A stretch of DNA of 64,000 nt. Source: an uncultured Gemmatimonadales bacterium (GTDB taxonomy: Bacteria; Gemmatimonadota; Gemmatimonadetes; Gemmatimonadales; GWC2-71-9). The stretch is from NCBI GenBank assembly GCA_963728915.1, contig CAVSLV010000001.1, positions 1,120,001 to 1,184,000 on the forward strand, in the 5' to 3' direction. Both the position numbers and the translations under genes were made by a program. The notes below the pieces were generated by a model. The model searched no databases. It was not told the DNA's origin and saw nothing but the letters and a program-made list of their open reading frames with translations. Positions 30,454 to 38,770 of the stretch are shown here, one piece after another; within the stretch, counting starts at the first letter, position 1; each line of letters begins with the position of its first letter.

Positions 30454-31418
30454 GGGTCTGTCCCGTAGGGCACCTGCGAGGAGAGACAGAGCATCAGCTC
30501 CATCCGGGCCAGGGAGGACGAGCGGGGACCCGCCGGAAAAACCCCCAGGCCGAGCAGCTGCGCTCCCCCGCCTTCGAACGCGTATTCGCCGCCCACTTCG
30601 CCAAAGGGGCACCGGGTGGCCAGCACCACCGGTTTGCCCTCGGCCAGCCATCGTCGTACCGCCGGCAGCGCCCCCGGCGGGACATTCCCTCGGCCGAAGC
30701 CCTCGATCACCACGCCGTCAAACCGGGGCCTCGCAAGCTCGAGCAGCCGGCCATCGTCGCCCAGGATCAGCGGAATGATCGCGACCCGCGCCGAGAGTTG
30801 AGCGACCGGCAGGGGCGGTCCGTGCTTCGCTGGCGCTCCCGCCCAGCGCACCACGCCGGCGTCCACGGACCCGAGCGCCGCCCCATGCGGGGAGCCGAAC
30901 GCGTCGGGCGAAAATGCGTCCAGTTTGACGGTAGTCCGCCCGGAAAGCACCCGCCCCGCAAAGACCACCATGGTACCGTGCCCCCGGGCCTCCGGCGCGG
31001 CGGCGACCGTGATGGCATCCCGGAGGTTCCGGGGGCCATCCCACTCGGGATCGCTGGAGGTGCGCATCGCTCCGGTGACCACGACCGGCGCCTCGGGATC
31101 GAGGGTCCGGGAGAGGAGGTAGGCGGTCTCTTCGAGGGTATCGGTACCGTGGGTGATCACCACCCCGGTGGGCGGGTTAGGCCCTCCGGCCAGGTGGGCC
31201 ACCCGTTCCCGGAGCGCCCAGAGCTCGGCGGGCCCCCGATGGACGCCGGGCATCCGCTCCCAGTCCTCGACGGTGAGACGGGCGTTCCCGGAAACGTCGC
31301 CCGCCATGGCGAGCAGCGCCTGGCCATCGAGCGCCGGGACGTTGCCGCCCGCCTGGCTGCTCCGCTGCATCGCGATGGTGCCGCCGGTGGCGAGGAGATG
31401 AATCACCCCCGAGGCCAC
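30450..31418 (-). CDS. L-asparaginase (asparaginase/glutaminase family)
   Basis: ATGGTIA, HGTDTLEETA, TGAMR. Confidence 0.92.
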   Translation of the reverse strand: MASGVIHLLATGGTIAMQRSSQAGGNVPALDGQALLAMAGDVSGNARLTVEDWERMPGVHRGPAELWALRERVAHLAGGPNPPTGVVITHGTDTLEETAYLLSRTLDPEAPVVVTGAMRTSSDPEWDGPRNLRDAITVAAAPEARGHGTMVVFAGRVLSGRTTVKLDAFSPDAFGSPHGAALGSVDAGVVRWAGAPAKHGPPLPVAQLSARVAIIPLILGDDGRLLELARPRFDGVVIEGFGRGNVPPGALPAVRRWLAEGKPVVLATRCPFGEVGGEYAFEGGGAQLLGLGVFPAGPRSSSLARMELMLCLSSQVPYGTDP

Positions 31419-31421
31419 GGC

Positions 31422-32174
31422 TCACCCACAGAGGACGCTGCCTCCATTGACGTTGAGCACCTCGCCGGTGATGTGGCGCGCCAGCGCGCTGCAGAGAAAC
31501 AGAATCGGGCCCGCGATGTCCTCCGGGGGCGGAATCCGCCGCAGCGGGATCGTCGCGGCGATCCGGTCCCGGCCGCCACCGGCATAGGGAATCGCGCTCA
31601 TCTCGGTGTCGACCCATCCCGGCGCGACACAATTCACCGTGATGTCGGGGGCGTATTCGATCGCCAGGGACTTGGTGAGCGAGATCAGCGCGCCTTTGGT
31701 CGCGGCGTAGTCGGCGTGAAAGGCTTCGCCCCGCTGACCCGCCGTGCTCGACACCAGCACGACTCGACCGCCTTTGCCCATCAGCCGGAGAGCCGCCCGG
31801 GTGGTCAGGTACACCGCGTCCAGGTTCTGCGACAGGGTCGAGCGCCACCGCGACTCGGTCAGCTCACCGAAGGGAACCTCCTCGACCGGCCAGATCCCGG
31901 CATTCGCCACGAAGCAATCGAGCCCGCCGAAGGCTGCTTTGCATTCCCGGAACCCGCGCTCGACGACGACCGGATCCGCCAGGTCGCCCCCGGCAACGAA
32001 CGCCTTGCGCCCCATCGCCCGGATCTCCCGCGCGACTTCCTCGGCTGCGGCTTGCCGGCGATGAAAGGTGATCCCCACCTCGGCGCCCGCCCGGGCGAAC
32101 AGGAGCGCCGCGGCCCGTCCGATGCCCCGCGATCCTCCCGTGATCAGGACCCGCTGGCCAGTCAGCGAAATCAT
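31422..32174 (-). CDS. SDR family oxidoreductase
   Basis: TGGSRGIG, NAG, YAATK, PGWVDT. Confidence 0.9.
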   Translation of the reverse strand: MISLTGQRVLITGGSRGIGRAAALLFARAGAEVGITFHRRQAAAEEVAREIRAMGRKAFVAGGDLADPVVVERGFRECKAAFGGLDCFVANAGIWPVEEVPFGELTESRWRSTLSQNLDAVYLTTRAALRLMGKGGRVVLVSSTAGQRGEAFHADYAATKGALISLTKSLAIEYAPDITVNCVAPGWVDTEMSAIPYAGGGRDRIAATIPLRRIPPPEDIAGPILFLCSALARHITGEVLNVNGGSVLCG

Positions 32175-32935
32175 TCCTGGTTTCCCCCCCACATCAGCTT
32201 GAGACGATCGAACAGCGGTGTCTTGATCTCGAGCGGAGGAACCGGCTCGAGCTCACCATTCGCGAGGATGGCCGCCGGATTCCGTTCCGCGAGCAGCTCG
32301 GCCTGGGCCTGGCCCCGGTGCTCCTTCAGGTATTCGGTGGCGGTCTGCATCTGCCGATCATCGCCGTGATTGTCGGCCGCAATGATATCCGCCAGGCCCT
32401 GGCATAACAGCGCGCGAGCCCGATGGCCCCGCCCACGGCCGCCGAGCAGAGTGGTGGCATCCACCTGCATGAAAGCACCATCCGCTTTCCACTGCCGTAC
32501 CGCCCCTGGGGTGCAGGCCGCGTAACGCTCAGGATGGGCCAGAACGGGCGAGAGCCCGAGCTGCACCACCTGCCGCAATGCGTTGGAAATCGAAGCCGCC
32601 GCCGCGAGCCGGGTGAATTCCACCAGAATGAACCGGGTTCGGCCCAGAGTCAGCTCGGGATGATCCAGCAGATCGGGACGCACCGGCCGATCCAGCAGCA
32701 ATTCGACCCCGCGGTGCAGCGCCACTCCTTCCGGGGCCCGCCGCCGGAGCTCGGCGAACGCTGCATCGTGGGACGGCGGAAGCCCCTTGGCGACGCGGCC
32801 GACGTTGAAATGGGGCGTGAGACACACCGCGGTGATGCCATGCGCCCGCATTGCGATCAGGGTCTGGACCGACTGCTCCAGGTTGCGCGAGCCGTCGTCC
32901 ACCCCGGGCAGGAGATGACAGTGGAGATCAATCAC
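32171..32935 (-). CDS. PHP-family tyrosine phosphatase (CpsB/CapC-like)
   Basis: IDLHCHLLPGVDDG, TPH, AHPERY, ADNH. Confidence 0.88.
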   Translation of the reverse strand: MIDLHCHLLPGVDDGSRNLEQSVQTLIAMRAHGITAVCLTPHFNVGRVAKGLPPSHDAAFAELRRRAPEGVALHRGVELLLDRPVRPDLLDHPELTLGRTRFILVEFTRLAAAASISNALRQVVQLGLSPVLAHPERYAACTPGAVRQWKADGAFMQVDATTLLGGRGRGHRARALLCQGLADIIAADNHGDDRQMQTATEYLKEHRGQAQAELLAERNPAAILANGELEPVPPLEIKTPLFDRLKLMWGGNQE

Positions 32936-33212
32936 CGAGGAGCTCTTCCGCAAAGGGCTGGAGCCCGGCGGGATCGTGGGCCGCCTGCGCCTTCAGGGCC
33001 AGGGTGACCAGGGCATCGGCCGCGAGCAGATCCAGCGCCACCGAACGATCGCCGGGCCGGGTCAGCACCGCCTCGAGCGCCTCGTGGGCGGCACGGCCAA
33101 GTCGCCGGGACAGGGGCTCCTCACCCGGGAGGACGTACGCCAGGGCCCGGTCACGAAGCGCCCCGGGAGCATCCCGCACCTGGTCCTCAAGCCATCGGTC
33201 ATCGTGGCTCAC
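32928..33212 (-). CDS. Small hypothetical protein
   Basis: Fills the gap between alaS and the phosphatase with overlapping start/stop codons; ALDLLAADALVTLA helix. Confidence 0.65.
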   Translation of the reverse strand: MSHDDRWLEDQVRDAPGALRDRALAYVLPGEEPLSRRLGRAAHEALEAVLTRPGDRSVALDLLAADALVTLALKAQAAHDPAGLQPFAEELLGD

Positions 33213-35848
33213 AACGAGCCCAGCCATTCCCGCACCAGCCGCGGAGTCGCTTCCCGCGCCGCGGGAATCCGGGTCGGATCGCCCACGCTTCCCGAAGCAA
33301 AGCCGGGACGGCCACCGCCCTTTCCCCCGCCCACCGCGGCAATCCGGTTCAGGAGATCGCCCGCCTTGAGGCCCCGTTGCACCAGGTCCTCGGTCACCGC
33401 CACGTGAATCGCTCCCCGGCTTCCGGTGCCGAACAGCACCAGAGCCGCGCTCTTCTTTTCGGCCCGGAACCGGTCGGCCAGTTGACCGATCTCGTCACGA
33501 TTCTCCGCGGCGGTGTCGCCGACCGTCAAACTGATCCCATCCACGCGGGTTTCCTCTCCGGTCGCCGCGCCCCCACCCTGCCGCATCATCTCCTCGATCC
33601 TCCGTTCGAGCCTCTCACGTTCGACCAGGAGCTGCTCGATCCGCTTGGCGACCATGTCCGGCTGGGCCCGGAGCAGATCGCTGGCCCGGCGGAGCCGGTG
33701 CTCGATCTCTTCCAGGGCACCGTAGGCACCGGGACCGGTTACGGCTTCGACCCGTCGGACCCCGGCGGCGACCCCGCTCTGCGCGGTGAACCGGAACAGG
33801 CCCAGGGCGCCGGTCGATTCCACATGGGTGCCTCCGCAGAGCTCGATCGAGTCCCCCATCTGGACCACTCGAACCACGTCGCCGTACTTGTCCGCGAAGA
33901 ACGCCATCGCGCCGAGCCCGAGCGCCTCGGGATAGGCCATCTGCCGGGTGGTCACCGGATGGTTGGCCCAGATCTCCGAGTTGATGTCCCGCTCAATCCG
34001 TTCGAGCACATCCGGCTCGATGGGACCGTGATGCGAAAAGTCGAACCGCAACCGGTCCGGCGCGACCAGCGACCCCTGCTGGCGAACGTGCGTGCCCAGG
34101 TGGCGCCTGAGCGTCAGGTGCACCAGATGAGTGGCGCTGTGATTACGCTCGATATTGTGGCGGCGGGGCGCGTCCACTTCGGCCCGGATCGCCGTCGGCT
34201 CGAATCCCTCGGGAAACCGCCCCACCAGCGCGGTTCCCCGATCTCCCCGACGCACCTCCTCCACTGCGAGCTCCCAGCCGACGCCCCGCAGCACCCCGGC
34301 ATCGCTGATCTGCCCGCCCGATTCGAGGTAGAAGGGGTTGTCCCGGGGCACCACTTCGACCTGTTCCCCCTCCTGCCGAAACGCGAGGATCTCGGTATCC
34401 GCCGCAGTGGTATCGTAGCCGACGAATCGTTGCTTGCCGCGCCGCAGGGCGTGCCACTTGGGCCCCCGTGCTCCGCCCACCTGCCGCCGGGGCGTCGGCA
34501 GTGATCCCGACCCGCCCGCCCGAGCCGCGCGGGACCGTTCCCGCTGCTTCTCTAGGGCGGTCTCGAAGCCCGCCAGATCCACCGAGAGACCCCGCTCGGC
34601 GCCGATTAGCTGGGTGAGGTCCACCGGGAATCCGAAGGTGTCGTACAACCGGAAGGCCTCGTCCCCGGAGACGACCCGGGCTCCGCTCGTCACCAGTTCC
34701 TCGAGCCGCCGGAGGCCGCCCTCGATGGTTTCCAGAAAGCGCTGTTCCTCGGTCTCGGTCCACCGCCGGATTTCCGCTCGGCGGGCAACGATCTCGGGAT
34801 ACACCGCCCCGAGCCCTTCGATCACCGTTTCGGTGAGCGGAGCGAGCGTGGGCTCGCGCCGGCCCAGCAGCCAGGCGTGGCGCACCGCGCGCCGGAGGAT
34901 GCGCCGGACCACGTATCCCCGGCCCTCGTTGCTCGGGTAGACGCCTTCACCCAGCAGGAAGGTCACCGCCCGGGCATGATCGGCCAACACGCGATAGGAA
35001 GCGCCCGCTCCGTCCATCGATCCCGGATAGGGCCGTCCGATCAGCCGACCGACCTCCTCGAGCAGGGGCAGGAACAGATCGGTATGGAAGCCGTCGTCGG
35101 TCCCCTGCAGAACCGCGGAGATCCGCTCCAGCCCGGCGCCGGTGTCCACCGAAGGCCGGGGGAGCGGGGTGAGGGTGCCGTCGGCGGCGCGATCGTACTG
35201 CATGAACACCAGATTCCAGATTTCCATGAAGACGCCCGCCTCGGCCAGCGTCTCGAACGATTCGCGGGGGAGCGGGCCGGGATACCCGGTTCGCCCGAGG
35301 ACCTGCTCGAGATCGATGTAGATCTCGGAGCAGGGCCCGCAGGGACCGGTATCCGCCATCTGCCAGAAATTGTCCTTGTCGCCGAGCCCGTAGATCCGGT
35401 CCTCCGGCAGGCCCGCAATCTCCCGCCATAACCCGCGGGCCTCCTCGTCGGCATGATGCACGCTGACCCGGATCCAGGCCGGGGGAATGCCCAGGAACTC
35501 CTTCGAGGTGACGAACTCCCACGCGTAGGTGATCGCCTCGCGCTTGAAGTAGTCTCCGAAGGAGAAATTCCCCAGCATCTCGAAGAAGGTCATGTGCCGC
35601 TTGGTGTGGCCGACCTGCTCGAGATCGTTGTGCTTGCCGCCGGCCCGGACGCACTTCTGGCAGGTGGTGGCGCGCAGATAGTCCCGGCGCTCCTGGCCCA
35701 GGAACACCCGCTTGAACTGCACCATCCCCGCGTTGGTGAACAGGAGGGTGGGGTCGTCCTTGGGTTCAAGCGGGGAGGACGGCACCTCGCAGTGCCCACG
35801 GGTGACGAAAAAATCGAGAAAGGCCCTGCGAATCGCGGCGGCGCGCAT
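33209..35848 (-). CDS. alaS: Alanine--tRNA ligase
   Basis: LLFTNAGM, FEMLGNFS, GPCGPCSE, HSATH, ELCGGTH, GKGGG. Confidence 0.97.
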   Translation of the reverse strand: MRAAAIRRAFLDFFVTRGHCEVPSSPLEPKDDPTLLFTNAGMVQFKRVFLGQERRDYLRATTCQKCVRAGGKHNDLEQVGHTKRHMTFFEMLGNFSFGDYFKREAITYAWEFVTSKEFLGIPPAWIRVSVHHADEEARGLWREIAGLPEDRIYGLGDKDNFWQMADTGPCGPCSEIYIDLEQVLGRTGYPGPLPRESFETLAEAGVFMEIWNLVFMQYDRAADGTLTPLPRPSVDTGAGLERISAVLQGTDDGFHTDLFLPLLEEVGRLIGRPYPGSMDGAGASYRVLADHARAVTFLLGEGVYPSNEGRGYVVRRILRRAVRHAWLLGRREPTLAPLTETVIEGLGAVYPEIVARRAEIRRWTETEEQRFLETIEGGLRRLEELVTSGARVVSGDEAFRLYDTFGFPVDLTQLIGAERGLSVDLAGFETALEKQRERSRAARAGGSGSLPTPRRQVGGARGPKWHALRRGKQRFVGYDTTAADTEILAFRQEGEQVEVVPRDNPFYLESGGQISDAGVLRGVGWELAVEEVRRGDRGTALVGRFPEGFEPTAIRAEVDAPRRHNIERNHSATHLVHLTLRRHLGTHVRQQGSLVAPDRLRFDFSHHGPIEPDVLERIERDINSEIWANHPVTTRQMAYPEALGLGAMAFFADKYGDVVRVVQMGDSIELCGGTHVESTGALGLFRFTAQSGVAAGVRRVEAVTGPGAYGALEEIEHRLRRASDLLRAQPDMVAKRIEQLLVERERLERRIEEMMRQGGGAATGEETRVDGISLTVGDTAAENRDEIGQLADRFRAEKKSAALVLFGTGSRGAIHVAVTEDLVQRGLKAGDLLNRIAAVGGGKGGGRPGFASGSVGDPTRIPAAREATPRLVREWLGSL

Positions 35849-35889
35849 GGGCAAAATATAGTCGCGGAGGAGGGACCCTCCGGGACGGC

Positions 35890-36561
35890 TCAGGCCGTGT
35901 TAGGAGACTCCCGGCTGATGGCCCGGGTCACCGCATCGCGCGCCATTCGGCCCACGAACCCCCGCCGGGCCAGGAAGCCCAACAACCGGCGCCGGAGGAC
36001 CGGCCGGGCCAGCGCGCCAAGCTGCGCCCGCCGCCGCGCCACCAGGCGCGCCACCTGGGTCGCTTCGGCCTCCTCGGTGGCGAACGATTCTCCCAGGATC
36101 CGATCCACCACGGCGCGGTCGACCCCCATCCCACCGAGCTCCCGGCGGAGTCGAAGCGGCCCCCGCCCCCGAGCCGAGCGGGTCTCGACGAAGTGGCGGG
36201 CGAAGCGCTCGTCGTCCACCAACCCCGCCGCTCGGGCCCGCTCGACCGCGATGGCGGCGGCGTCGGGGGAATGACCCTTCAGGATCAACCGCCGGGCCAG
36301 GTCCTGTGCTGCGAACGGCCGAGCGGTCAGGCGGCGGAGCGCGGTCCGAAACGCGGCTTCCTGGTCGGCGGCTTGGCACAACCGGGCATATTGGACGCTC
36401 GGGATCGCGAGACCCGGTTGTAACCCCTCCGCGTCGGCGACGTCGCGGGGCACCGTGAACAGGAGGTGCCCCCGCGCCATGATCCGCACGCTCCCGGGGA
36501 AGCGGGGATCGGGAATCAGAGCCCCGATCACCCGCACCGGGTCATTCGCCGTCGCCGTCAT
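35890..36561 (-). CDS. recX: Regulatory protein RecX
   Basis: [24 protein letters not shown]; directly downstream of recA. Confidence 0.85.
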   Translation of the reverse strand: MTATANDPVRVIGALIPDPRFPGSVRIMARGHLLFTVPRDVADAEGLQPGLAIPSVQYARLCQAADQEAAFRTALRRLTARPFAAQDLARRLILKGHSPDAAAIAVERARAAGLVDDERFARHFVETRSARGRGPLRLRRELGGMGVDRAVVDRILGESFATEEAEATQVARLVARRRAQLGALARPVLRRRLLGFLARRGFVGRMARDAVTRAISRESPNTA

Positions 36562-37603
36562 CGGCGGGCACCGTACTGGACGCCCGCACCCCGAGGAACT
36601 CCTTGACCCGCGCTTCGACTTCCGTCATCAGCGCGGGATTGTCGCGCAGGAAGAGCTTGGCGTTCTCCCGTCCCTGGCCGATCCGCTGATCACCGTAGGA
36701 GTACCAGGCCCCGGACTTCTGGATGATGTTGCCTTCGCTGGCCAGATCGACCACCAGCCCGGTGTGGCTGATCCCCTCATCGAACATCACGTCGAACTCT
36801 GCCTGCTTGAACGGGGGGGCCACCTTGTTCTTGACCACTTTGACCCGGACCCGGTTGCCGATCACCGCTTCCCGCTCCTTGACCGGCCCGATCCGCCGGA
36901 TATCGAGCCGCAACGAAGCGTAGAACTTGAGCGCCTTGCCGCCGGTGGTGGTCTCCGGATTGCCGAACATGACGCCGATCTTCTCCCGCAGCTGGTTGAT
37001 GAACACCACCGCGCAGTTGGATCGGTTGATCGCGCCGGCGAGCTTGCGAAGCGCCTGGCTCATGAGCCGGGCCTGGAGTCCCATGTGGCTGTCGCCCATT
37101 TCCCCCTCGATCTCCGCTTTGGGCACCAGAGCCGCCACCGAATCCACCGCGACCAGGTCCACCGCGCCGGAGCGGACCAGGATCTCGACGATTTCCAGCG
37201 CTTGCTCCCCGGTGTCGGGCTGAGACACCAGCAGGTTGTCGACGTCGACGCCGAGCTTCTTGGCGTACTCGATGTCGAGGGCGTGCTCCGCGTCGACATA
37301 GGCAGCCACGCCACCGGCGCGCTGCACATTGGCCGCGAGGTGAAGGGTGAGGGTCGTTTTTCCCGAGGATTCCGGTCCGTAGATCTCGGTGATCCGACCC
37401 CGGGGGATCCCCCCGACCCCGGTCGCCGCGTCCAGGTTGATGGCCCCGGTCTGGATAGCCACCACCCGTTCCCGGGGAGCCTCAGTACCCATCCGCATGA
37501 TGGAGCCCTTGCCCAGCTGTTTTTCGATCTGGGAGATGGCGAGTTGGAGCGCCTTCCGGCGTTCGGAGTCGAGCTTGGTCTCCTTCACATCAGGGAGGGC
37601 CAT
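36542..37603 (-). CDS. recA: Recombinase RecA
   Basis: [41 protein letters not shown]. Confidence 0.98.
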   Translation of the reverse strand: MALPDVKETKLDSERRKALQLAISQIEKQLGKGSIMRMGTEAPRERVVAIQTGAINLDAATGVGGIPRGRITEIYGPESSGKTTLTLHLAANVQRAGGVAAYVDAEHALDIEYAKKLGVDVDNLLVSQPDTGEQALEIVEILVRSGAVDLVAVDSVAALVPKAEIEGEMGDSHMGLQARLMSQALRKLAGAINRSNCAVVFINQLREKIGVMFGNPETTTGGKALKFYASLRLDIRRIGPVKEREAVIGNRVRVKVVKNKVAPPFKQAEFDVMFDEGISHTGLVVDLASEGNIIQKSGAWYSYGDQRIGQGRENAKLFLRDNPALMTEVEARVKEFLGVRASSTVPADDGDGE

Positions 37604-37661
37604 TGAGAGGAATCCTTATCTGAGATTGTGGCTGATTTCGCTACACAAATAGACTGCTTCC

Positions 37662-37690
37662 AATCTAATACCGAAGATTTTCCGAAACAA
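37662..37690 (-). promoter_or_regulatory. Putative recA sigma70 promoter containing a TTCGG-N6-TTCGG direct repeat
   Basis: Minus strand TTGTTT-N17-TAGATT; repeat at 37671-37686. Confidence 0.55.
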
Positions 37691-37702
37691 GACGGCATTT
37701 TC

Positions 37703-38113
37703 TCACTTTTCCACACCCCGCCACGCATCTGTGATGTGCGTAATCTGTGGACTTGGGGATCGACCTTCCTCCACCACGATCAGGTCGAATCGATACTCGT
37801 CCCGCGGCCCCCCATGCCGATCCCGCCAGAGCTCGGCCCCGCGACTGAGAATCCGCCGTTTCCGAAACCCGACCGCCTCCTGGCCCGATCCGAAGCGACT
37901 GGACCGGCGGGTCTTCACCTCGACGAAGGCAACCACGGATCCCTGCCGCACTACCAGGTCCAGGTCGTGCCGCCCCCAGCGGAAACGATGCGCCTCGATC
38001 CGGTAGCCGTGGCGAAGCAGGTATGCCATCGCCATCCGTTCTCCCGCATACCCGCGACGATGCCTCGGGTCGCGCCATGCGGAGACGGGCTTGGGCGTGC
38101 GGGTCATCGACAT
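37703..38113 (-). CDS. yraN: YraN (UPF0102) family nuclease
   Basis: GYAGE..AMAYL, DLDLV, FVEVKTR, YRFDLI. Confidence 0.88.
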   Translation of the reverse strand: MSMTRTPKPVSAWRDPRHRRGYAGERMAMAYLLRHGYRIEAHRFRWGRHDLDLVVRQGSVVAFVEVKTRRSSRFGSGQEAVGFRKRRILSRGAELWRDRHGGPRDEYRFDLIVVEEGRSPSPQITHITDAWRGVEK

Positions 38114-38324
38114 GCGACAGGATACCCGGTTCACCCGGCCGGCACCCAACCGATTTTCCGCCCCGCGGACCGATTCCACGCCGAACCTAACCCGATCGCT
38201 TTCCAGCCAGCCGGCCGGCGGTGTCGAGCAGATGTCACCGCGCGTCTCCACCCTCACGCGGGCTCGATGCGGTCCGGCCGGCGCGGGTTATGGGTCCAAC
38301 CAGACGAGGAGAAGGAGAACAGCG

Positions 38325-38735
38325 ATGATCATGAAGGCACTCGGGACCCTGCTGGGTCTCCCCGGCGCGCTCACCCTGGCCGGAACGGTCTACAACGCCG
38401 ACCTCGAATCCGAGGGCAATTCGGGCGTCAGCGGGTCCGCCCGGATCGAAACCTTTGGCCGGGACTCGGCCACGGCGCAGATCACCGTCAACGGAGCCAG
38501 GCCCAACGTGACGCTCGCCTGGGGCATCCAGGCTGGCGACTGCGACAAGCCGGGAACCTCGATGGGGGCGGAATCGGTGTATCCCAAGATTCAGACCGAC
38601 AGCACCGGCACCGGAACCGCCACGGCGACCGTCCGGCCCGGCGTCTCGGACGGGGGCGACCACGCCCTGGTGGTCCATCAGGGGGATCAGATGGGGTCGG
38701 TCGCAGCCTGCGGGGAGCTCAAGAAGGCGCCCTGA
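38325..38735 (+). CDS. Secreted protein, possibly Cu/Zn SOD-like fold
   Basis: Upstream AGGAG, signal-like N-terminus, SGVSGSA...AWGIQAGDC...VVH...AACGEL pattern. Confidence 0.65.
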   Translation: MIMKALGTLLGLPGALTLAGTVYNADLESEGNSGVSGSARIETFGRDSATAQITVNGARPNVTLAWGIQAGDCDKPGTSMGAESVYPKIQTDSTGTGTATATVRPGVSDGGDHALVVHQGDQMGSVAACGELKKAP

Positions 38736-38770
38736 GTCCCGCCCGGCCGGTCGAGCCGCGGGGCCGCGGG

